A stretch of 23,684 nucleotides of DNA from a virus, in UHGV virus genome UHGV-0175797. One strand, written 5' to 3'. Under the pieces are notes generated by a model. The model was given only the letters and a program-made list of their open reading frames with translations, did no database searches and had not been told where the DNA came from. Below, one piece after another: positions 15,018-23,684 of the stretch; position 1 is the stretch's first letter; every line of letters starts with the position of its first letter. Made by a program: the position numbers and the translations under genes.

Positions 15018-17075
15018 ATGGCAAAAAACCTGAAAGCCTCCCTGATTGTCGATTTACTCGGCAATATTTCCGCCAAATCCCGCCAGTGGTCACAGGAGCT
15101 GGGGGCATTCTCCCGTTCCGGCAGGACGGGGCTGGGTGGTCTTGGAAATGCAGCACGCCGGGCCGGTCAGGAAACAGAGCTTGTTGGCTCCCGTATGCAG
15201 CGAACGCTTGCCGGTGTTCGTGGCAGTATCCGCACGGTAACGTCAGATTTTGACCGCCTGCAGGGCAGCATTACCGGCACCATCGGGCGGATAAGCAACC
15301 TTTACGGGATGCTGGCGGGAGGGGCTGCGGTCTACGGTTTTAATAAAGCCTTTATCCGCCCGGCCGCAGAGATGGAGAACTATATTCTGCGTCTCAACGC
15401 CATTAATCATGGCGATAAGGCAAAAACGGAAGCAGTGAAAGCCTGGGCGGTACAGAACGCCAAAGACACCACCTGGGGGCTGGCGGGGGTTATGCAGGAA
15501 TACGCCTCCAGTCGCGGGTTTGGCATGAGTGACAGGGAAGCCCGTCGCTTTATTACCATGCTTCAGGATCAGGGCGGCTATCACGGCTGGTCACTGTCAG
15601 AGGCACAGGGTGCGTCCCTGCAACTCAAACAGATGTTTGCCCGCCAGAGTATCCAGGCAGCGGACGCCAATATTCTGACCGGATACGGGATTAACGTTTA
15701 CCAGTTACTGGCCGATAAGCTGGGTGTAAACCAGAAGATCATCCGTGAGAAAGGCGAGAAAGGAAAACTGGGACCGGACAGCATTCGCCTGTTATTTCAG
15801 GTGATGGCCGAACAGGCAAAAGGTGCCCAGAAAAACGCCATGAACTCATGGACGGGAATGACGTCCATGATGGGTGACGTCTGGGATCAGTTTGCCCGTG
15901 ACGTGATGGCGAAGGGACCGTTTGACAGCCTGAAAAAGAGCCTGAAAGGCTTTCTGGATTATGCCGATGCGGCACAGAAAAGCGGCTTACAGGATAAGCT
16001 GGCCACACAGACGGCCTCAGCACTGAATCAGGGATTTGAGTATGCCAGAGATGCTGCGACCGGCTTTTACCGGGCCATTCAGAAAGTCAGGGAAACGCTT
16101 CAGGCACTGCGCGACGCCGGTTATGGCGATGCGCTGGATCGTATTGGTCAGGGTGCGCAGACCGCCGCAAAGTACCTGATGTATATGTATCTCGCCTCCC
16201 GTGCGCTGAAGGTGCTCAGGTTTGCAGGGACGGGGGCATTACGTCTCGGCGCAACCCCCTTACGCTATGGCATGGCGATGACCTCCGTGCTGACGTCGCC
16301 CTTCCGCAAACCGCAGACCACTGTACCGGGAACGCAGCACGGACGCGCTGGACGGTTCCTGAATTTCCTTACCGGGGTAAATCCGGCTGCCGTTCAGCCC
16401 GTGCTGGTCACCAACTGGCCTGCGGGTGGCCTGGCCTCAGGTGGCGGGGATGTGGTGGTCAGCGGTGACGGCAAAACCGTGCGCGGCCGTAAAAAACGCG
16501 GCCCCGGACGTGGACGGGGTGTCACGACCGTCGTGACTGCCGGTGAGCAACTGGCGGAGAGTGCCGGTAAACAGGGCTTCTTCGGTCGTATGATGAGCCG
16601 TGCCGGTGGTCTGCTAACGGCGGCCGGAAACCGCATGGGGCTGGGGCGTTTTGCCGGGCTGTTCCGTGGTGCCGGTCGGCTGGGTGGTGGTGCCCTGTGG
16701 GCCGGTGCCATGGCGGCTCCTGTACTGCTGGACAGCAGCGCCAGTGCAGCCGATAAAGCCGGTGCCGTGGGTTCTCTTGCCGGAAGTATCGCCGGTGGCG
16801 CGCTGGGGGCGGCTGCCGGTCCGGTCGGGGTTGCCATTGGTTCCACGGTGGGCAGCTATCTCGGTGATTATCTGGGGGGCTGGCTGACGCAGGCCTGGCA
16901 GAAACTGCGTGGCAGCAGTGACGAAAACGGCGGACAGGCCACCGCGAAAACCGCCGCACGGGTGGAGCTTGTGGCCCCTGAAGGCTGGCGGGCGCGCAGT
17001 ATTGATGTGGATGATACCGCACAGCATGGCCTGGATGTGAACGTCTGGAACGGAGGGAACTATGGCCTCTACTGA
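15018..17075 (+). CDS. tail tape measure protein
   Basis: 685 aa; helical N-terminal two-thirds and Gly/Ala-rich C-terminal region; position between the chaperone and the DNA-circularization-like gene. Confidence 0.85.
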   Translation: MAKNLKASLIVDLLGNISAKSRQWSQELGAFSRSGRTGLGGLGNAARRAGQETELVGSRMQRTLAGVRGSIRTVTSDFDRLQGSITGTIGRISNLYGMLAGGAAVYGFNKAFIRPAAEMENYILRLNAINHGDKAKTEAVKAWAVQNAKDTTWGLAGVMQEYASSRGFGMSDREARRFITMLQDQGGYHGWSLSEAQGASLQLKQMFARQSIQAADANILTGYGINVYQLLADKLGVNQKIIREKGEKGKLGPDSIRLLFQVMAEQAKGAQKNAMNSWTGMTSMMGDVWDQFARDVMAKGPFDSLKKSLKGFLDYADAAQKSGLQDKLATQTASALNQGFEYARDAATGFYRAIQKVRETLQALRDAGYGDALDRIGQGAQTAAKYLMYMYLASRALKVLRFAGTGALRLGATPLRYGMAMTSVLTSPFRKPQTTVPGTQHGRAGRFLNFLTGVNPAAVQPVLVTNWPAGGLASGGGDVVVSGDGKTVRGRKKRGPGRGRGVTTVVTAGEQLAESAGKQGFFGRMMSRAGGLLTAAGNRMGLGRFAGLFRGAGRLGGGALWAGAMAAPVLLDSSASAADKAGAVGSLAGSIAGGALGAAAGPVGVAIGSTVGSYLGDYLGGWLTQAWQKLRGSSDENGGQATAKTAARVELVAPEGWRARSIDVDDTAQHGLDVNVWNGGNYGLY

Positions 17076-18420
17076 CACGCCGGGGCGTGGCTCCTTTCGT
17101 GGCGTACCGTTCCTGGTTTATCAGGAGCAGCGGGAACGGGGCGGACGTAACATTGTGCGCCGTGAATACCCACTGCGTGAAAGCGGCGGTGCGGATGATC
17201 TGGGGCCAAAACTCCCGGAGTTCACATTCACGGTTCTAGTGACCGGAGACGATCTTCAGACACAGCGAAGCCGCCTGCGTGATGCGCTGCGTGCACCCGG
17301 TGCCGGTGAACTGATGCACCCGGATTACGGCACGTTAAACGTGCTGATAAACAGCTTTGAAAGCCGTTATAACGCCAGCGAGCAGGGAACGGTTGAGTTC
17401 ACGATCAACGTGATCCCCGCCAGTGACGATACCGCCCCTTCGGTGGCAGAAGATACGGCAGCTGCGCTGGAGCAGAAAAGCGGCTCAGCAATGAATCAGC
17501 TGTTTAACACACTTTCAGACGGCTGGACGGTGATTTCAGACGGTCTGCATGATGTACAGGCCATGACCGACACCATCAGCGATAAAATTGATGCGCTGGA
17601 GAATGCCGTTTCAGGGATGGGGATTGTGCAGGATATCAGTGCCTTTACGGCCAGTTTTACTGCCCTGAAAGGGAATGCCGCCGCCCTGATTAATGCGCCC
17701 CGTCGCATGGCTGAATCGCTGGCCGGAATGTTTGCCGTGCTGGCGGGGCTGCCCGGCGATCCTTCCCTGTCGCTGACCGGAAAAGCCGGAACGCCGTCCG
17801 GCAGCCTGACCACAAACCGTGACAGCACGACAGAGCAGGCCATGCCGCAGCTGTACCGCACACTTTCTTCCCTGCGTTACACCCTCAGCGAACAGGATGA
17901 TCCGCAGCGCCTGATTGGTCTGACGCCTGCGGCACAGAACAATATCCGTCTGCTGCGGAGCGTCATGCAGAGTGCAGCCCTGGTGTCGCAGGCGCAGACG
18001 GTCGGAAAACTGCTGGATCAGGTCATCCGGCAGAATACGACGCACGTTCAGGATACTGACCGTGCGGGCGGACTGGCCTGGCTGGAAAGTTCTGCTGATG
18101 TGCAGCGTATCAACCGGGATTTGAGCGATGCCATGGAACAACAGGTGCTGGATCTGTCCGCACAGGGCCATACCGGCACCGCCCTTGCATTACGTGATGC
18201 AGGGCTTGCGCTGACAGAAGATTTAACCACGCGGAGCGTGCATCTTCCCGGTGCTTTTCAGGTCATGGTGCGAACCACCGAACCGGCACTGGTCACGCTG
18301 TACCGTGCCACCGGTAACAGCCGCCGCTGGCAGTATTTTGTCCGCAGAAACAATATCCCCGATCCGGTTTTTGTTCCGGGTGGCCGCCGCGTGGAGGTGA
18401 TCAGTGAGCAGCAGGATTGA
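17062..18420 (+). CDS. DNA circularization protein N-like (Mu gp43 family)
   Basis: 452 aa; N-terminal region (GRGSFRGVPFLV...GGRNIVRREYP) is typical of the DNA circulation protein family; syntenic with Mu N. Confidence 0.75.
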   Translation: MASTDTPGRGSFRGVPFLVYQEQRERGGRNIVRREYPLRESGGADDLGPKLPEFTFTVLVTGDDLQTQRSRLRDALRAPGAGELMHPDYGTLNVLINSFESRYNASEQGTVEFTINVIPASDDTAPSVAEDTAAALEQKSGSAMNQLFNTLSDGWTVISDGLHDVQAMTDTISDKIDALENAVSGMGIVQDISAFTASFTALKGNAAALINAPRRMAESLAGMFAVLAGLPGDPSLSLTGKAGTPSGSLTTNRDSTTEQAMPQLYRTLSSLRYTLSEQDDPQRLIGLTPAAQNNIRLLRSVMQSAALVSQAQTVGKLLDQVIRQNTTHVQDTDRAGGLAWLESSADVQRINRDLSDAMEQQVLDLSAQGHTGTALALRDAGLALTEDLTTRSVHLPGAFQVMVRTTEPALVTLYRATGNSRRWQYFVRRNNIPDPVFVPGGRRVEVISEQQD

Positions 18421-19528
18421 ACTGTATATCGGCGGCAGTATTTTTTCCGGCTGGCTGACGGTCAGCGTCCGTCGCTCGCTGGAGCATCTGGCCGGGTCGT
18501 TTGAACTGGGGCTGATGCTGCCCGGTGAGCGCATCCCCTCAGCCCTGCGGACCGGTCAGTCCCTGACGCTCAGAATTAACGGGCAGACGGTCATCAGTGG
18601 CTGGCTGGATCAGGTCAGTCAGCGGATCAGTGCAACCCGTCATCAGATCAGCATCAGCGGTCGGGATAAAACCGGCGACCTGGTGGACTGTGCCGCCATC
18701 CATCCCGGCAGCCAGTGGCGCAACCGGACGCTGGCACAGATTGCCGCAGATTTATGTGCGCCCTTCGGGATAGCCGTGCGCTGGCAGGTTAACGACGACA
18801 CGGCTGCACGCCCCTTCAGCTCTTTTACGCTGGAAAACTCAGAAACCGTGGCGGATGCGCTGACCCGTGCTGCCCGGCATCGCGGGGTGCTGGTGACCAG
18901 TAATGCTGACGGCGATCTGGTGTTCACCCAGGCAGGAAGCCAGCAGACGGACAGACTGGTGCTGGGAGATAACCTGCTTGATGCCGATTACAACACGGAC
19001 TGGCGAGGACGATACAGCGAATACCGTGTCCGGGGACACGGGCGCGGTGGTGGCAAACGGGGAGACAGCGAATCCGCCGCCCGTCTGGCAGCACCTGTGG
19101 GCGTCATCAGTGATGAGCAGATCGGCCGCTACCGGCCGAAAATCATCCTCGCCGATCAACAGACAGACATCACCGGTGCACGGCAGCGTGCCCTGCGTGA
19201 AATGCGCCGTGCGATTGCCCGTTCAGAACGGTTTTCTGCCACCGTGCGTGGCTGGTTCCGGGATGATGGCCGGTTATGGGATGTCAATCTGCTGACCGGT
19301 GTTTCAGCCCTGCGTTTCGGTATAGAACAGACTGAACTGCTGGTCTGTCAGGTGGAGTTTTTACTTGATGAGCATAACGGGGAAGTCACCCGGCTGGTAC
19401 TGGCACCGCGTGACGGCTTTATCGTTCCGGCAGAGCCGGACAGTAAGGGCCGGGGTGGTTCCGGTGACGATGTTGATGCCTTTATTCGCCAGCAGATGAA
19501 AAAACAGGGGATCAGCTTTGATGAATGA
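18404..19528 (+). CDS. baseplate hub / tail protein (Mu gp44 P-like, P2 gpD-like)
   Basis: 374 aa against about 379 aa in Mu; N-terminus IELYIGGSIFSGWLTVSV is typical of the family. Confidence 0.75.
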   Translation: MSSRIELYIGGSIFSGWLTVSVRRSLEHLAGSFELGLMLPGERIPSALRTGQSLTLRINGQTVISGWLDQVSQRISATRHQISISGRDKTGDLVDCAAIHPGSQWRNRTLAQIAADLCAPFGIAVRWQVNDDTAARPFSSFTLENSETVADALTRAARHRGVLVTSNADGDLVFTQAGSQQTDRLVLGDNLLDADYNTDWRGRYSEYRVRGHGRGGGKRGDSESAARLAAPVGVISDEQIGRYRPKIILADQQTDITGARQRALREMRRAIARSERFSATVRGWFRDDGRLWDVNLLTGVSALRFGIEQTELLVCQVEFLLDEHNGEVTRLVLAPRDGFIVPAEPDSKGRGGSGDDVDAFIRQQMKKQGISFDE

Positions 19529-20132
19529 TGAAGTGTTCAGCCGCCTGATTGCCCCGGTAACGCGCGGTATTCGCCTGTTGTTTGGCCGGGGCGTTCTGAC
19601 CGGCACACATGACGAACTGAAAATGCAGAATGTGCAGCTCACCGGCATGGACGGCGAAACCTTTGATGATGTGGAGCGTCCCCAGCAGTACGGGCAGATC
19701 AGCGTTCCCCTGCCGGGTGCGGAAACCTTTTTTGCCTGTCTGGGCGGACAGCGGGATCAGACTGTGGTGCTTGTGGTGGAAGACCGGCGCAGCCGCCCGA
19801 CCGGACTCACAGCCGGAGATACGGGGGTGTATCACCATGAGGGGCACCGGATACGGTTAACAAAGGATGGCCGCATTATTGTGACATGCAAAATGCTGGA
19901 GATTTACGCCGACGAGGGGATGCGGGTGGATACGCCGGAAGCCACCTTTACGGGCAATGTGACGGTGGATAAGAACCTGCATGTTAAGGGTAATTTCGCG
20001 CTTGAGGGTACGGGGAAATCTCAGGGACTGTTCACAATGTCGGATGCCGTTATTGCAGGGATACGGTATTCCGGCCATGTGCATCATGATAACGGCGAAG
20101 GCAGTAAGACAGGAGTGCCGGAGAATGGCTGA
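19518..20132 (+). CDS. baseplate spike / assembly protein V-like (Mu gp45)
   Basis: 204 aa; C-terminal region (FTGNVTVDKNLHVKGNFALEG...HVHHDNGEG) is typical of gpV-type spike proteins. Confidence 0.75.
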   Translation: MMNDEVFSRLIAPVTRGIRLLFGRGVLTGTHDELKMQNVQLTGMDGETFDDVERPQQYGQISVPLPGAETFFACLGGQRDQTVVLVVEDRRSRPTGLTAGDTGVYHHEGHRIRLTKDGRIIVTCKMLEIYADEGMRVDTPEATFTGNVTVDKNLHVKGNFALEGTGKSQGLFTMSDAVIAGIRYSGHVHHDNGEGSKTGVPENG

Positions 20133-20562
20133 TATTGCAATTGTGTGGGATCAGGGATGCGGTTCGCTGCAACTGAACGGTGCCGACCTGCTGACGGATG
20201 ACAGTCTGCTGACGGCCGTTCTGATTTCGCTGTTTACTGACCGCCGGGCGCTGGCATCGGATGAAATCCCTGACGGTACGCGCGACCGCCGGGGATGGTG
20301 GGGAGACAGTTTTCGCCCGCGCCCCATTGGCTCCCGTCTGTGGCTTCTCAGCCGGGAAAAAACGCTGGCCTCGGTGATAAGCCGTGCCCGTGCTTACGCG
20401 GATGAGGCGCTGGGCTGGCTCAGTCAGGATGGCGTGGCGTCATCCGTGGTCTGTCATGCAGAACGTGTGGGACACGCGCGGCTGGCGCTTTCGGTGCGCA
20501 TAACCCTGCCTGATGGTTCAGTGAGGCCCATGATTTTTTATGCTGATCTTAAGGGGGAGTAA
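20125..20562 (+). CDS. GP46-family baseplate protein (Mu gp46-like)
   Basis: ATG 20125 overlaps the upstream stop (ATGGCTGA); 146 aa against about 140 aa in Mu gp46. The track ORF 19981 start lies inside the upstream gene. Confidence 0.7.
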   Translation: MADIAIVWDQGCGSLQLNGADLLTDDSLLTAVLISLFTDRRALASDEIPDGTRDRRGWWGDSFRPRPIGSRLWLLSREKTLASVISRARAYADEALGWLSQDGVASSVVCHAERVGHARLALSVRITLPDGSVRPMIFYADLKGE

Positions 20563-21644
20563 TGCCTTATCAGCCTTTACCGCTGGCACAGTTAATCACG
20601 CAGACACAGCAGGATATCAGCCAGCGCCTGCCCGGCTCGCAGCCGGGTGTGAATGAAACCACCCTGAATGCCATTGCTTACGCTCAGGCAGGGTTATCTG
20701 CTCAGGAGCATGAGCATCTGGCCTGGATTGCGCGTCAGATCATCCCGACCGAAGCCGATGAAGCCGAACTGCTGAAACACTGTGCATTCTGGGGCGTCAT
20801 GCGTAAGCCTGCCTCTCGGGGGGACGGGCCGGTTCAGCTGATGCTGACCACGGATGCGGGGATCAAGGAAGGTGTGCTTCTCCAGCGAAGTGATGGCGTG
20901 GTTTACCGTATCACCACCTCCCTGACCGGTAAGGCCGGTACGCTGAATGTCAGTGTGGAAGCCGAAAGTGCCGGTCGTGCGGGGAATGCCCCGGCAGGGA
21001 CAAAACTGACATTTATCACACCGCAGGCGGGGATCAACCAGACGGCCACGGTGACCGGAACGGGGATCACCGGTGGTGCGGATGTGGAAACCGTGCCGGA
21101 GCTGCTTTCCCGTCTGGTTTTCCGGGTGCAGAATCCACCGTCCGGCGGCACGCAGTATGATTTTGAACGCTGGGCGCGTGAAGTGCCGGGCGTGACGCGG
21201 GCATGGTGCCGCCCGGAATGGCCGCAGGCGGGCAGCGTGGGGGTAACGTTTGTTCAGGATAATAACCCGGATATTTTCCCCGGTGACGGTGATGTTCAGC
21301 GGGTGGCGGATTATATCCGCAGTCATGATGATCCGGCGACCGGCCAGCCTGTCGGACAGCCTCTGGGGCCGACGGTGACCGTGTTTAAACTGACCAATAA
21401 GCCGGTGCCCTTCAGCATCAGGATCATCCCGAAAACACCGGAGAATCAGGCGGCCGTAAAACAGGCGCTGACCGACCTGTTGTATAACGAATCCCGGCCC
21501 GGCGGTCTGGTTCTGCCGTCGTCTTTCTGGCGGGCGGTGGCAGGGGTGAAAAATCTGGAGGATTTTGAAGTGCGCAGTCCGCTGACGTCAGTTCAGGCGG
21601 GAGACAGTGAGCTGCTGACGGTAGGAGAAATCACATGGCTGTAA
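20562..21644 (+). CDS. baseplate J-like wedge protein (Mu gp47-like)
   Basis: 360 aa against about 355 aa in Mu; coupled start (TAATG); sequence character typical of the baseplate J family. Confidence 0.8.
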   Translation: MPYQPLPLAQLITQTQQDISQRLPGSQPGVNETTLNAIAYAQAGLSAQEHEHLAWIARQIIPTEADEAELLKHCAFWGVMRKPASRGDGPVQLMLTTDAGIKEGVLLQRSDGVVYRITTSLTGKAGTLNVSVEAESAGRAGNAPAGTKLTFITPQAGINQTATVTGTGITGGADVETVPELLSRLVFRVQNPPSGGTQYDFERWAREVPGVTRAWCRPEWPQAGSVGVTFVQDNNPDIFPGDGDVQRVADYIRSHDDPATGQPVGQPLGPTVTVFKLTNKPVPFSIRIIPKTPENQAAVKQALTDLLYNESRPGGLVLPSSFWRAVAGVKNLEDFEVRSPLTSVQAGDSELLTVGEITWL

Positions 21645-22195
21645 CCCTGACCCCGCATCAGCGCGCCCTGTTGCAGTTACTGCCTGACGGGCTGGCATGG
21701 GACAAGCGTCCGTCATCCGTACTGGCATCATTATGTCTGGGCCTCAGTCATTCGACAGCGCGTGTATCCTGGACGGGTAAACAGCTGCTTGCCGAGCGTT
21801 TCCCTGACACGTCGCGCCTGCTGCTGGAAGACTGGGAGCGTTATCTCGGGCTTCCCGAGTGTGATATGGCCGGAGCCACCCTCACGGAGCGACAGCGTTA
21901 TGCCGGAAATAAATACCGGATGAAGCCCTCGCTGAACCGTGAATTTTATATCCGGTTTGCGGCGGAGTTTGGTTATCAGATTGACATTCAGCCCTCACCG
22001 GATTCGCAGTGGGTCAGTATTGTCACGATTAACAGTGAAACCGGCTACCGGAATATGAATGTGCTGGATGATATTCTCACGCCGCTGCGTATTTATGAAG
22101 GCGGTGCGCTGGAATGTATTCTGAACCGTTATAAGCCTGCATGGCAGACGTTTATTTACGTTTATGCAAACAGCCATGAAGAGGAGACTATTTAA
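21635..22195 (+). CDS. tail protein (Mu gp48-like, DUF2313/YmfQ family)
   Basis: 186 aa against about 187 aa in Mu; motifs [11 protein letters not shown] and [12 protein letters not shown] are typical of the family. Confidence 0.7.
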   Translation: MAVTLTPHQRALLQLLPDGLAWDKRPSSVLASLCLGLSHSTARVSWTGKQLLAERFPDTSRLLLEDWERYLGLPECDMAGATLTERQRYAGNKYRMKPSLNREFYIRFAAEFGYQIDIQPSPDSQWVSIVTINSETGYRNMNVLDDILTPLRIYEGGALECILNRYKPAWQTFIYVYANSHEEETI

Positions 22196-23076
22196 TGTTT
22201 CATGTTGATAATAATTCCGGCGTGGCGAATATGCCTGCGCTGGCACCGGCGCAGAGTAATACCACCACCTGGTTTACCGAAGGTGACGGACAAAAAGGTA
22301 TCAGCTGGATTGGTCAGGACTGGCTGAATATTCTCCAGGCCGAACTGCTGAATATTCTGGCTGAAGCCAGTATTCAGCCGGATAAGGCGCAGTTAAACCA
22401 GCTTACGCTGTCCATTAAAGCCATTATCGCTGCGAATGCCTTTTCCCGGAAAAATAACCTGAAAGAAATTGCTGATGCCGGTGCGGAGGCCCAGCGTCTG
22501 GCCCGTGGTTATCTTGGTCTGGGGACGCTTGCCACAAAAAACAGTCTTGGTCCCGCTGACGTTAATGCCCTGGCGAAGGATCAGAATCTCGCCGACCTGG
22601 AGAATAAGGGAACCGCCCGTAATAATCTGGATGTTTACAGCAAAAGCGAAGGTGATAACCGTTACCTGCGCAGGGAGCAGAACGGCGCAGACATTCCGGA
22701 TAAAGGGGCTTTTATCGATAACGTCGGTTTACGGGAAACGGTAAACAGGGCGGCGAATGCCCTGCCATCGGACGGCACCGCCGTTGCCGCGAACAGGCTG
22801 GCAAATGCCCACACAATTAATGGTGTTCCCTTTGACGGGACGCAGGATATCACTATCTCATCAGGAACAGTAACCGCCATAAGACTGGGGTCGGTGACCG
22901 CACATATGCCCGGAACATGGGAAAGCTGGGATCTGAATCTGGGGGGCGGCAATGTTCTTACCGGAATTAAAGTACAGGATGTCGGTAAGAATACGGCAGA
23001 TAACGTCGGCGGCGTGTATTACCGGCCGTTGCAGTATCTGTTAAATGGAGCATGGGTGACGGCTGCAAGTATATAA
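22195..23076 (+). CDS. tail fibre protein (constant N-terminal part plus currently fused variable C-terminal part)
   Basis: 293 aa; N-terminus typical of P2/Mu-type fibres; contains a gix-like crossover site at 22712..22737; AT-richer 3' part. Confidence 0.75.
   Translation: MFHVDNNSGVANMPALAPAQSNTTTWFTEGDGQKGISWIGQDWLNILQAELLNILAEASIQPDKAQLNQLTLSIKAIIAANAFSRKNNLKEIADAGAEAQRLARGYLGLGTLATKNSLGPADVNALAKDQNLADLENKGTARNNLDVYSKSEGDNRYLRREQNGADIPDKGAFIDNVGLRETVNRAANALPSDGTAVAANRLANAHTINGVPFDGTQDITISSGTVTAIRLGSVTAHMPGTWESWDLNLGGGNVLTGIKVQDVGKNTADNVGGVYYRPLQYLLNGAWVTAASI
22712..22737. other. gix/hix-like 26-bp recombination (inversion crossover) site inside the tail fibre gene
   Basis: TTATCGATAACG-TC-GGTTTACGGGAA. 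Against the Mu gixL site as I remember it (TTATCCAAAACC-TC-GGTTTACAGGAA in this orientation), about 22 of 26 positions match, including the central TC. Confidence 0.6.
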
Positions 23077-23084
23077 TGATATTC

Positions 23085-23110
23085 AGAAGGCCTTCCGGCC
23101 TTCTTTATTA
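23085..23110. terminator. bidirectional terminator-like hairpin between convergent fibre and chaperone genes (GAAGGCC-ttcc-GGCCTTC, A/T runs on both sides)
   Basis: Perfect 7-bp GC-rich stem with a 4-nt loop, followed by TTTATTA on the + strand and preceded by T-rich sequence on the minus strand. Confidence 0.6.
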
Positions 23111-23629
23111 CTGTGGCTGCTCAGGCCATTTAATGGCGTTAAATTCAGCTTCTGTTTTAATGGCGGGTAGTTCCATTTTCTTCACCTGACTGATGTATGC
23201 CATCCATTGGGTAAGTGCTGCTCTGTCTTCATCGCTGATGGTGCCCAGTTGTAGCTCCGTTCTCCAGTCATTAATTTTTTCATATGCCTGATTAAGATAT
23301 GACTGGCGCATTGCTTCCAGTTTTCTTGCGTAGTTAACCGGAATACGGGAGATTATGCCATTATCAAACTTCCAGTTTCCTGAAATATCCGTGCCTTCAG
23401 GGAGTTCATCGACCTCAACCACAGAAAACCCCGCAGGATACAGCGCCGAGGCGTCCTGTGATATTGAGCAGATAACGCCGCTGTCAGGTGTTATGCAAAG
23501 TTTATATTTTTTGGTGAATAATGGCAGGGATTCGTAGAAATCCTTACCATCTTCACTCTGGAAATACTGAACATTATTACCATATGGCATATTTTCAGGA
23601 TAATAACGGGTTATATTTTTTAGTTCCAT
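23108..23629 (-). CDS. tail fibre assembly protein (Tfa / Mu U-family chaperone), opposite strand
   Basis: 173 aa; typical Tfa features (N-terminal MELKNITRYYPEN, central Tyr/Asp-rich region, C-terminal AEFNAIKWPEQP); AGGAGG RBS on the minus strand; AT-rich. Confidence 0.8.
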   Translation of the reverse strand: MELKNITRYYPENMPYGNNVQYFQSEDGKDFYESLPLFTKKYKLCITPDSGVICSISQDASALYPAGFSVVEVDELPEGTDISGNWKFDNGIISRIPVNYARKLEAMRQSYLNQAYEKINDWRTELQLGTISDEDRAALTQWMAYISQVKKMELPAIKTEAEFNAIKWPEQPQ

Positions 23630-23684
23630 AAAATCCTCCTGGAAATAAATCTGTTTTAAAATATATTATTTACTGACTATTTAT

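Noticed and set aside
16394-17078. Three long overlapping minus-strand ORFs (150-166 aa), Pro/Arg/Ala-rich, inside the tape measure gene
   Set aside because: They are the reverse-complement reading of the GC-rich, Gly/Ala-codon-rich 3' part of the tape measure gene. They have no RBS, low-complexity translations and fully overlap a well-supported gene.
1-23684. Search for CRISPR arrays, tRNA/rRNA genes and phage attachment ends
   Set aside because: No regularly spaced direct repeats with unique spacers, no cloverleaf-compatible tRNA-like segments and no rRNA-like sequence were seen. The Mu-type element ends are expected outside the window on both sides.

Overview
The window is the interior of a Mu-like transposable prophage, gene order colinear with phage Mu on the + strand, GC-rich enterobacterial-type backbone with AT-richer accessory islands. 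Left to right: a 5'-truncated MuA-type DDE transposase; a MuB-type ATPase; a long, mostly translationally coupled early accessory operon of small genes (including a clear Gam homologue, a two-repeat Myb/SANT-like DNA-binding protein, a DUF551-like protein, an untracked 47-aa zinc-ribbon ORF and a reverse-oriented low-GC small gene); GemA-like and Mor/C-family regulators; a SAR-endolysin with overlapped spanins; then a complete Mu-type contractile tail, baseplate and tail-fibre module. Two points stand out. (1) The packaging/head module expected between lysis and tail genes (terminase, portal, protease/scaffold, most of the major head gene) is absent: the spanin region abuts a 5'-truncated major-head remnant, so the element looks like a head-less, tail-proficient Mu derivative. 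(2) The tail-fibre gene carries a 26-bp site closely matching the Gin/Hin-family crossover site as I remember it, and is followed by a tail-fibre chaperone on the opposite strand, indicating an invertible host-range segment running off the right edge. No tRNA, rRNA or CRISPR array was seen. All homology calls are from reading the translations, not from searches.
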